Assembly (NCBI RefSeq): GCF_018977255.1
Contig: NW_024704743.1
Coordinates: 40,860,001 to 40,924,000 of the forward strand
Source: Callorhinchus milii
Lineage: Eukaryota
Direction: 5' to 3'
Length of the DNA stretch: 64,000 nucleotides
Below are positions 53,065 through 64,000 of this stretch, in pieces; within the stretch, counting starts at the first letter, position 1, and every line of letters starts with the position of its first letter. The notes under the pieces were generated by a model. It was given only the letters and a program-made list of their open reading frames with translations. It was not told the DNA's origin and did no database searches. The position numbers and the translations under genes were made by a program.

Positions 53065-53387
53065 CTGAAAGAAGGGTTAACAGCCATATAAAATAAGGTC
53101 AAGCAACAAGGTTTTCTCTTTGACGTTCTCATGCAAGACAACTTCACCGAAGAAACAGGAATGAAAGGTAACTGGTTATTGACTGATGTGGAGACAGACC
53201 AAACACAAAGGGTGATCTTACAGAAGCATTTTCATGTCAGTACTACAAGATATCTTTTTATTGTTACGTGTTGTAGCCATGATCCTGATAAATGCTTAAA
53301 TCAACAGTTTTGCACCATACAGTGTTTTAGATTACTGCAGCACTGATGTCCTCCCATGGATTATTGCAATCCTTATGTCCTATTCAT

Positions 53388-53980
53388 TACAACAACAAAA
53401 TTAAATTAGTAAAGTGCCTTTCACGTCAGGAGGATGTCCCAAGGTGCTGGACAGACAGAGTTTGGGATCCAAGCTGGGGTTCAGGGTTGGGGAGTATGGA
53501 GGGCAGTGGGGGAAGTAGGGAGATCGAAAGCACGGTTGAAGAGGAGGGTCTTGAGAAGAGTTTAGAAGGAGACAAGGAATGGGTGAGGCAGAGGGACTGT
53601 GGGATGGAATTCCAGAGGGTAGGGGCAGAGTGGCAGAAGCCGCCTGCCAATATTGGGGCGAGTGAGGCGAAGGACGTAAAGTAGGCCAGAGCCCGCTGAG
53701 TGGAGGGAGCAAGCAGGATGGTAGGGGGTTAGGAGGTCGTGGAGGTAGGGGGGAGCAAGACCATTGAGGGCTTTGAAGGTGAGGACCAGGATCTTGAACT
53801 CTGTGTGATGGGAAGCCAGAGGATTTAGGCGAGGATGCGGTTTATAGGGTCATGGAGCCTGGTGCCAGAGAGGACACGGGCTGCATAGTTCTAGATGATC
53901 TGCAGCTTATGGAGGGAGGATTTGGAGAGGCTGACAAGCAATGAGTTTGCATAGGCAAGCCTCAATATAATGAGAACATT
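53388..53980 (-). mobile_element. L2 3' fragment
   Basis: FCHSAPTLWNSIPQSL motif and an L2 tail. Confidence 0.85.
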
Positions 53981-54804
53981 AATCAAAGTACAAGGATTTG
54001 AGCATTTGAGATAAATTGTCAAATACCAAGTAACATTTAGAAAAAATAAAAGGCATTTTCAGCAATATTTTGGGCATCTTCTAATCCGGTAATACTTGGC
54101 AAAAAATTGTTTTCCCATTTTTAGCTGGTTAAACTCCAGCTATACTCTATACTTTGTTCTCACCAATCTGCACCTGATACTCTTTGAAATTAGATAAGAA
54201 GACTGCATCCCTCCAGGGTAAGAATGTGCATTTCATTCCAGACGCATGGAGATTTCCATGGTTAGATGGCAAACGGATGAAATCCTCGGACTGGTTTGGA
54301 TATTGGATAAACAGTGGGACAAATTTCCACATGTATCAGAAATCTGACTGAACAAAACAAAATCGTATTTGCACATGTATTTAATGTCACAATAGACACA
54401 ATAAGATATTGCATTTATGCAGCTTCCTTCAAGTAGAATAACTTCTCAGATGTCTTCACAAATCAAAAAAATTGGGTTGGAAGGAAGATACAATACAAAT
54501 TACGTTTGTATAGCACCTTTCACATGGGGAGGATGTCCCAAAGATGACCATTGGCTTGATTGAGGTTGTAGTTTTTCTTCACAGGAATGAAAATTAGATA
54601 GAGATGGGGCGAGACAGCTTCTTATGTTATCAAATTTATTAAGAAACACCATGTCTTTTCATCTCTTGCTAAAGAGTACTATGAAATAGACAGTTTCTTT
54701 GAACTTCAATGGAAAAAGCAACATTGATGTTAATCCAAATGGGGTGAATGGCTTCCCATTGTATCATAGATTTCTGTTGTTCAATGTTTTTTATGAATGT
54801 TGCT

Positions 54805-55200
54805 TAGAATCATAGAATTATAATATTGTACAGCACAAAAAGAGGCCATTCGGCGAATCGAGTCTGTGCCGGCCCTTTGAAAAGAGCAACGTAATGTCAA
54901 TCCCACTCCTAAGACCTTTCCCCATAACCGTGCAAACCCGTCCTCCTCAAATACCCGTCCAGCGTGTTTTTAAAAATTGTTATCGGATCGGCCTCGACCA
55001 CCATTTCAAGCAATGCATTCCAGATTCGAACAACTCGCTGCGTGAAAAAAATTCTTCTCACCTCCCCTCTGCTTCTTTTAGAAACTATTTTACATCTGTA
55101 ACCTCGAGTCACCGACACATCCACCAGTGGAAACAGTTTTTCCGTTTCTAACCTAATCAAATCCCCTCATGATTTTGAAAACCTCTATTAGGTCTCCTCG
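54805..55200 (-). mobile_element. CR1 3' fragment
   Basis: ORF 54909..55160 reads TRG...RRIFFTQRVVRIWNAL...FKNTLD; tail (atagaat)n. Confidence 0.9.
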
Positions 55201-57914
55201 TACTTCTACAACTACTACTGATAGTTCTTAATTTATGCAGGCGACAGGATCTAATCATTACACTATTTCAAGAGACGTTGTCAATGAAGGATGTTTGAGC
55301 AAGCTGACAAACAGTGGCAGAACGGAGTTCAGTCAAATTTAAGAGAAGTAGCTTCCTGTCCTGCTGGCATTTTGCTTGTCAGCTTGTTTTTGGACTTTTC
55401 CCAATTTGGGATTGATGGGCCATGGAATTTGCTGCCCCTTTCACTAAACGGAAGTCGCAAAATTAAACAAGAACAACTGTGGTTTGCAACTATTAGGCAC
55501 TGGCAGCATCAGCATCCATGGATGCAGACTCCACCTCACTGAATCAGTCAGGAACCCAGGTGTCTTGTTTGACCATCAACTGTTCTTTCTACCCCACATC
55601 CATGCTATGACCCACTCCGCTTTCTCCACCTCCTATTTTATTCCACCTATCAAAATGATGGAAATAAGAGTCAAATACGAATCTAGTTTTATTTAAACAT
55701 AAATGGGTCCATGGTGGGTCCAACATGTTATGAGATCTAATAGGACTTCTTAATCCAGAAATCTGAGTTGGGACTTGCAGTAGTTGTAAATTAATTAACC
55801 CATTGAAAGTAAAGACTAGAGAAGAGATCCCATGAGTCGGTGTAATGTACAACTGTTTTATTTAATTAAGGAAACCCACAGTGGAAGGTAAGTAGGGAGA
55901 GAGGAGGGGATCTAATACAATCTCTCACACAATTTACTTCCAGAGCAGAATTCCCGTGGGTCAACAGAAAATCTAAGAAATTAAGGAATATTATTAATTA
56001 AACTACGGGAATTAGAAACTGTTACAAACTAGGCACCATTATAGATGAAAGAGCATTTTACCCCATTGCGTTTTAAGCACTATGGATTTTACCTGCCAAT
56101 TTTTTTCCCTTGTAATATCACATCCATGAAAATTGTATTTTTTTGCCATCTAAATGATTTATTGATCCACTGCTATGCTATTGAATTTCCCCCTCAACCT
56201 CCCACCAATACTCTTCAACATTGCAGAAGTGCAGCCACTTCCTTCAGGTTAAATTTTCTAATTTGGAATGCAATTACCTCTTCTGTTTTCTTGTCCAAGT
56301 TTGTTGAGTGCCATTGAAGCTATTTAAGAGTGGAGAATGCACAGATCTGAAGGACCATTTACAGAATGGTTTGATATTACGGAAATAAGTTTAAAAAATC
56401 TCTTGTTTATTTTTCTAAGTCAAGTAAATTCTCAAGGTCTAGTTCAAAGACGTCAGTGTTTTAACATGAATATTCATGGGAAATACGTGAGTCCTGAATG
56501 AAAATAAACTATTAAACGCATCCTCTTGCTATTCTTGTCCCTGAGAGAAAAGGACCATGCAGAAAAATGTCATCTGCGTGCTTGTGAACATCTTGTGAAC
56601 ACTTATTTGTTTTTTCCCCTAGGATATATGTAACATGAAGATAATCCTTCCATTCAATATTGTGCCCTATCACCTTGTCAAGGCATGGTGAGGAGTGAGA
56701 TTAGGATTTTACTGTGCCATGTAGAGACTGACAAGTGAGGAGGTGATATGTGATTGTCTGTTCGTGGAAACGTATGATGCACAAAACATATCAATTTTAA
56801 AAAGAGTCAAATACCAAGTACAAGGTCAAGACATCTAGTAAATAGATGCATATAGACTTGGAGTTAGGGATGATGAGAACGAGTTAGACTAGTACTTACT
56901 CAGCTCAGGCTTTACTGCAAATAATCTAAAATATGGGTCACCCACAGCCACATGTAAAGATCACATTTGAAATTAAATAATGGTATCTGTCTGCATGATT
57001 TATACAAAATCCAAATGCCACCAGTTGCTGTGCATCTTCTTTCATGCCTACAACATTTTTTTATGGCTTGATCTATTGGTTCCACTTGCATTGTGCGTCA
57101 GCCTGGCACAGTGGTAGCACATTCACCTCTGAGTCATAAAGTTGTGGATTGAAGCCTCACGTCAGGACATTGTCATAATAATAATCCTTGCATTTGATTA
57201 AATTTATATAGTTTAAACCATTGTTAACCTTGCATTTGGTATAGCAGTGCTGGGGGCTGTGTACAATTGCATTGTTGGAAGCGCTGTCCTTTGGATGAAA
57301 CATTAAACTGAGGTCCTGTCTGCCTGTACAGATGAATGGAAAATTACATTACCCATAGACCACTCATTCTTGTGCAGCACCGGCCTCATAAGGATATAAT
57401 TTGCCTATTATTTTTATGGAATCATAAATAATGGAAAATACCATTGTACAGGGTGATCAATGTTCTGTGATGCCATTACAATGTTTAATAAGTCTTAAAG
57501 AAATTATGTCACGACATTTGGGCACCCTGTAAATCAACCAAGTGAGGTAAACATAAAGGTGGAGAATAATTCTGTGCTGCTTGTTGTCGTTGATGAATTT
57601 CCCAAACAGCAGAGAATAATTCCAAACATGATGTGTAAAATATTTAAAGCGGTTCAGTGACACAGTGATTGTGTAACATATAGTGTCAATGGGTGTGCAT
57701 ATTCAATACTAATTTACAAATCTTTGGGGAGAAGTTAGACTTGGGTCTAGATTTGCTCAATTTAAGTAACATTTCAGAGCATTGAGTATTTGGCAATTAT
57801 ACCAAAATAAACTTCCTTTTCTTTTCAAGGAAGTTATGACATCATTAACTAACCTTTGAATAGGCAAATGGGATGTTGGATTAACATTCAATCAAAAGAA
57901 CAGCTCCTCCGACA

Positions 57915-58905
57915 ATACAACAACAAGATTTGACAGGGCCTTTCATGTCGGGAGGACGTCCCCAGTTGCTGGACATTTCAGACCCGAGCTGGGGTCAGGG
58001 GGGGAGAAGGGAAGGGGGGTGGACGATGGCATGGTCGAAGAGGAGGGATTTGAGGCGGGACTTGAAGGAGGCTAAGGTGGGGGCGAGGCGGAGTGATTGG
58101 GGGATGGAATTCCAGAGGTTGGGGACAGAGTGGCTGAAGGCTCTCCCACCAATAGTGGGCCGGTGGGTCGGGGGACGTGGAGCAGGCTGGAGCCGGCTGA
58201 GCGGAGGGAACGGGCGGGTTGGTCGGGGGTTAGGAAGTCACAGAGGTAGGGTCGGGCGAAATCATGGAGGGCTTTGTAAGTGAGGACCAGGATCTTGAAC
58301 TGGATCCTCTGAAGGATAGGGAGCCAATAGAATCGGGCAAGAGTGGGGGAGATGGGGTCACGGAGTTTGGTGCAGGAGAGGACATGGGCTGCAGAGTCTG
58401 GATTATCTGCAGCCTGTTGAGGGGGGAGTTGGGAAGGCCGACAAGCAGGGAGTTTGCATAGTTGAGCCTGGAGGTGATGAAGGCATGAACAAGAGTTTCG
58501 GTGGCCTGAGGGGTGAGGTAGTGGCGGAGTCGGGCGATGTTATGGAGGTGAGGGAAGGCAGAGCGGGTCATGGATTCATAGAATTCATAGATTCATAGAG
58601 TGTTACGGTACAGAAGGAGGCCATTTGGCCCATCGAGTCTGTGCCGGCTCTTTGACAGAGCAAGTCACTTTCACTAACCCCAATCACCAGCTTTCTCCCC
58701 ATAACCCTGCAAACCCGTCTTCCCCAGATACCTATCCAGTTCTCTCTTAAAAGCTGTTATCGAATCGGACTTCACTACCCTTTCAGGCAGATCATTCCTG
58801 GCTTGAATGTGGGGAAGAAAAGACAGTTGAGGGTTGAACAAGACACCTCGGTTCCTGACTGGCTTGGTGAGTTGTAGTGGGCAACCATGGAGGTTGATGA
58901 AGCGC
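57915..58905 (-). mobile_element. L2 3' fragment interrupted by a CR1 3' end (58575-58797)
   Basis: L2 motifs [16 protein letters not shown] and VRNRGVLFNPQLSF flank CR1 sequence (LPERVVKSDSITAFKRELD) that carries a (catagaatt)n tail. Confidence 0.9.
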
Positions 58906-60009
58906 TCCCCCAGCATGGCACTGGAGTGCCAGCCGAGACAATGAGCTCACAGTTCCAAATTAGGACTTGAAGCTACAACCATTTGACTCGCAGGTAATTT
59001 TGCTGTCAACTGAGCTAGGATAATTCCCTCTATTCTGTGTAAAAACAACTATGTGATTGATGATCGAAGAAAGTGCAGTGATAGTAAACTGGTGTACATC
59101 CATACACCGATTATCTAATGATAATAATCATAAGCCTTACAATAAGCACAATACAATTTGACATTTATATAGTACCTTTCACACCAGGAGGACATCCCAT
59201 GGCACTTAATAGTCCTGGCTTGGCAAACAAACTGGTTGTGGTAGGCAAGGGGGAGTGGGAGGGGAAAGATGACAAAAGTGCAGTCAAAGAGGTAGGCATT
59301 GGGACAGGGTTTGAAAAAGGTGAGGGATGGAGCCTTGCATTTGATATAGTGCACTCAGGTTAGGAGGACATCTCAAAGCATTTCCCAGTATTTACTGGAG
59401 AGTGTAGTGACTGGGCATTTCATAGACAAACTCTAAAATGGAAGTGAATGCAGGGCTGCAATATGTATAAAATAAATATTAGCACATGAGGCACATAAAG
59501 TACTAGGAATGTAATGTATCTGAGTAGGTGACTGTGAGCTGTCAGCACAAAGATAAGTGCTATATTTAACAAATTATTACAGGTACAGTGTAGGATTTGA
59601 GACAAGAAGCAAGTGAAAGAGATGGAGAAAACGTCAGAAATGGAGTGAAAGCAGAAAGAGATGGAGAAAAGGAGAGAGAAAGTGGAAATTAGAGAGACAC
59701 AGAAACAACAACAACTTTCATTTATATAGCACCCTTCAAGCCGGGCATTGCCTCGGAGCACTTAAAAAGCGAAAAAAGCTCTGAGAGAGAGAGAATAGCA
59801 CAGAGAAGTCAGACAGAAAGAGAGAGGGTCCTGATAAAGTGTGGTTTAATAGTGACAGTATATTTCCTTGTTTTGGTTAGCACTGTGGCTGACTTGTATT
59901 TTGGATGAAGATTAATTATTCGCATGGGCCTAACAGATTTCTTCCAAGCGGCAAATTACTATGGAAACTGATACACAATGGGTCCAGTCCCAAATAATCA
60001 GCTCTCCTG

Positions 60010-60843
60010 TATTCATCTGAACATTGACAAGATGGAAGCCATACTCTTTGACTCTCGTCAACGTCTAAAATCTCATGGTTCTCACCTCCTCCACCTACCC
60101 GACCTCCCCCTAAAACTCTCCGAAGCCGTATGCAACCTTGGCATGAGGTTCGACCACCAATTATCCTTCCTCCCCCCCATCCGCTCCCTCACCAGCACCG
60201 CCTTCTTCCACCTCCGACACATCGCCCGTCTCCGTCAATACGTCTCCCCAAAAGCCACTGAAGCTCTGGTCCATGCCTTTGTCATCTCCCAGCTGAATTA
60301 TTCAAACACCTTCCTCGCCGGTCTCCCATCCACTACCATCGATAAAATTCAGAACACTGCCATCCACATTCTCACCCGCACGAATCTCCGCTCCCCGATC
60401 ACCCAGTCCTTGCCAGACTGCAATGGCTCCCTATCCCAGAGAGGATCGATTTCAAGATCCTCACCTCGTATTCAAGTCCCTGCACTCCTCTGCAACCCCC
60501 TACCTTCTGACCTCCTCTCTCCTCAGCACAGTACACGTTGCCTTCGTTCCTCCGGGTCTGGTCTCCTCCTTATCCGCCAAGTCCTCTGCTCCACTCTCGG
60601 CAGCCGTGCCTTCAGCCACTACGCCCCAAGGCTCTGGAACTGCCTTCCTCTCTCTCTTCGTCTCGCTCCCTCCCTTCCCATTTTCAGGTCTTTGCTGAAG
60701 ACCTTTCTTTTCGACCATGCCTTTGGTCACCTTCCTTCCCCTGCCCCTGGCTTGGTCCCGGGATCCTAAACTGTAAAGCTCTCTGAGACGCCTTCTGGCA
60801 TGGAGGGTGCTATATAAATCCAAGTTGTTGTTGTTGTTGTTGA
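60010..60843 (+). mobile_element. L2 3' fragment
   Basis: ORF 59978..60769 carries L2 C-terminal motifs; (TTG)n tail. Confidence 0.9.
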
Positions 60844-61052
60844 TATGAATGCTCAATAGGGAGTTTTGTTCCATTATTGCAAAGGTTATTATATGTTTGT
60901 GCCCTGATAGTGATATAAAGTGGTAACTAATTGATATAGGGGGTAAAGTGCAATCATTGACACAAAATGTTGTTTAAATCTATCTTTAAAATCTATCCTT
61001 AAAGTTTGAGAATGAAAACCCCACTGCTTCCAACTTCAGGGGAATAGTTTTT

Positions 61053-61384
61053 GGAGTCCTGTAGCTCAGTGGTTAGAGCACTCGGTTAGTGGTTAGAGTT
61101 AGAGTGGTTAGAGTTCAATTCCAGGCAGGGCGAAACCTTGGGCAAGTTTCCTTACTCCACACGCCTAATAATAATCCCTCCAAAACCCAAAACAATAATA
61201 AATTGGTCATTTTCAATCTACGGCTGTTTGTGGGACATTGCTGTGTGCAATTGGCTGCCGCGTTCGCCCACAAAAATATACAGTCAATTCACTTTACAGT
61301 GTGTTCTGTGAAGCGCTTTGGGACGTCCTCCCGACGTGAAAAGCGCTATATCAAATGCAAGGATTATTATTATTATTATTATTT
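61053..61384 (+). mobile_element. tRNA/Deu SINE young subfamily with scrambled anticodon arm
   Basis: Near-identical to the 30394 copy except at 61085-61110. Confidence 0.92.
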
Positions 61385-62264
61385 GCTGCCGAGGATTTAA
61401 TATGTTTGATATAGCAGTGGCTGAATTTCTTACTAATCACAGAAATATGTTGGGTCGATTCACCAGATATTGCCATAAAATTATGTCATTGACGTATTTT
61501 GATCTTAAATGCCACTCTACAGGATAGGATTTAGTTAAACAGATAACATGGAAAGTGACACAAGTCAATGTGAAGCCAAGATAGTTGCTCCTACCATTTT
61601 CAGGCAGATGTGGGAGCTCACATTATTCAGTCAGGGAGAGAGGGATGTTATGAAACATATTTTAGTTTGTTTCTTAAATAAGGCCTGTAATTCTATTAGA
61701 ATACTTAAATTCTGTTTGAATTAAAAGGTAACTAACATCTGAATACAGGTTAATGGAAGACTGAGTGCACTTGCACAAAGTTCCACTTTAGAAAGAAGAA
61801 ATAAATAATTCTATGTTAAATTCAAGCTTTTTACTCTGCCCTTAATACATTTAATCTGATCACATGTTACTGTTAATTTTCCTCTCAAGTCAATTTTTTA
61901 AAACTAGGCTTGACATTGAATAGAATTTAGAAGGGTCATACTGACAAATTTAAGTACTAATTACTGCTGTAAGCACTGTACTGACAACCTAGATGGAGAC
62001 GTGCTCCTTTCTGTATGATTAACATATTCTGACGTGTTTATTTGGAAAGGCATCATGACCTCTATTCCGTTCACATGTCAGCAGGCCTCTTGGCTCCTAA
62101 CCGGGATTTGTTATTACAAGATTTGCACCATCACCTTTATGAATAGATCAATCAAAATTGATCCTTAAGCTAGGTTTAATTATAGATCAGGTCAATTGTA
62201 TTGGAAATGTTGTGGTATGTAGAGCAATGGCTGTTTGATGATGTGCAAACCTTGTACTGTAACG

Positions 62265-62720
62265 TAATAATAATAATCCTTGCATTTGATATTGTGCCTT
62301 TTCATGTCATTGAGAAACTTCAAAGTGCTTCTTAGCATGTGTACTGAAATGCTGTACAACGTCCAACGCTTTGGCACGTCCTCCCAACGTGAAAGGCACT
62401 TTACAAATGTGTTCTTGTTCTAAAGTGGATTGGCTGTGTATTTTATAGACGAACCAATGGCAGCCAGTTGTGCACAGCAATGTCCCACCAATTTTATTTG
62501 GAGAATAGTGACACGGCATCTTTAACATCCACCTGAACAAGCAGACAGGAACTTGGTTTAATGTCTCGTCCAAAGGACGATGGCTCCCACAATGTAACAT
62601 AGCCGCAGCATTGCATTCGAGTTTCAGCTTAGATTATGTGATTCCAAGTCCCAAGGTGGCGCTTGAACCTACAAATTTCTGACTCAAAGGCGAGAATGCT
62701 ATCACTGAACCAGGATGACA
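62265..62720 (-). mobile_element. Older full-Deu SINE with a nested L2 tail fragment
   Basis: Tail at 62265-62350, Deu core and body at 62430-62640, head at 62660-62715. Confidence 0.7.
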
Positions 62721-63593
62721 CACTCTCTTCATTATAATAATAATAATAAAAATAATAATAATAAGGAAAGGAAAGAGCTTGTTGTAAGGAAATAGTTAAA
62801 ATCATTGCTTTATGTGAGGTCGGATGTATGAAAGAACTGAGAGTGGCAACTTAATTAATCTCTAGAAGGTGGAAAAGGATGTGGACCAGAGGTAATTGGT
62901 GTTGTGTCCCTGTTTTCTTTGACATGACTTGATATACTTAATGGATAGATGTTATCCCTTCCTTAATTGGAACTTGCCAGTTAGGACAAAAACTATTGGC
63001 ACCAAATGGCTTGTAACATTTCACGAAAGTTAATGCACAACAGTCTATCCCAAGAAAATAAGATGGGATTCTGCATTGATAAAGAAAGTGTTTCATGACC
63101 TTAGCTGTCAAAGTAGGATGACGGACATTTAGCCTTAATTTCTGACCCCATTCGCTATCAGAACATGAACCTTCAAGGTTAGGATATGGGTGACATATGT
63201 ACATACCCTGCATATGGAAAGGCGATTGAATGAAACAGATCCAAATTACAATTGGACAATTCAACTTTGAACTATGATTGAGCAAAACATTCTTTGAACT
63301 CCACTTTTGCCTGTATGGGTCACATGGACTGATTGTGGAGTATAAAAGATGAAAGTTTAGTTAAGTTTGGTGAAGAAGAGTCTGGATACAAGCTCGCACC
63401 AGAAAATTAGTGCCAAATATTCACAGAGATCATACTCACTCTCTGAGTTAGTTTGTTATGTTATCAAATATCGAATTGTCTCTACTATACTGATTGAGAT
63501 TTTGTTTTGTATGTTTGTTTATATTTATTCTTACTAAAGTATTAATTTGATTGAAATCATTACTGGTGTGGTTTGTTGTCCACAATTAATCCT

Positions 63594-63901
63594 TAATAAT
63601 AATAATAATAATCATTGCATTTGATATAGTGCTTTTCACGTCGGGAGGATGTCCCAAAGCGCTTCACAGAACACACTGTAAAGTGAATTGACTGTATATT
63701 TTTGTGGGCGAACGCGGCAGCAATGTCCCACAAACAGTCGTAGATTGAAAATGACCAATTTATTATTGTTTTTGGTTTTGGAGGGATTATTATTAGGCGT
63801 GTGGAGTAAGGAAACTTGCCCAAGGTTTCGCCATGCCTGGAATTGAACTCAGGTCTCTCGCTTGCAAAGCGAGTGTTCTAACCACTGAGCTACAGGACTC
63901 C
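63594..63901 (-). mobile_element. tRNA(Ala)/Deu SINE young subfamily
   Basis: Full length apart from a 14-bp deletion in the Deu core between CAG microhomologies. Confidence 0.92.
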
Positions 63902-64000
63902 TTACATTAGTGACTTTGCTTTTTATCACAATGGAACGATAAGAAATCAATAGACAGGAGAAACCTATTGTAGTAACAGAGTTCTGTTTTTTATGCTGGG

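Noticed and set aside
54147..54332. ORF with KEYQVQI resembling the upstream cadherin EC2 exon
   Set aside because: It lacks DRE, AKDMGG and DVNDNPP. The upstream exon was not found in 53065-64000.
57457..57663. INDN motif resembling cadherin DxNDN
   Set aside because: No surrounding cadherin similarity.

Overview
This is vertebrate genomic DNA, most likely from a cartilaginous fish (chimaera/shark), inferred from its repeat families. It lies inside a type II classical cadherin gene on the minus strand, best matching cadherin-12 (cdh12). Four coding exons are visible (53064-52877, 51739-51486, 37217-37081, 8542-8421; 188/254/137/122 bp). They have GT-AG boundaries and compatible phases, and encode EC3 to the start of EC5. 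The flanking exons were not found and probably lie outside the window. The rest is intron, densely filled with L2 and CR1 LINE fragments, a young tRNA(Ala)-headed Deu-domain SINE sharing its 3' tail with L2, older full Deu-SINEs, a long-TIR MITE-like family and Penelope-type terminal repeats. I see no convincing new protein-coding system. The most interesting signals are: a ~180-bp fold-back duplication with a perfect ~118-bp stem; three SINE copies that captured foreign sequence at the same internal linker; a decayed minimal hammerhead ribozyme; an apparently single-ORF young L2 with a promoter-like 5' end; and a SINE subfamily series with a tail switch matching that L2. Repeat boundaries were judged by eye and are approximate; exon boundaries were checked to the base.
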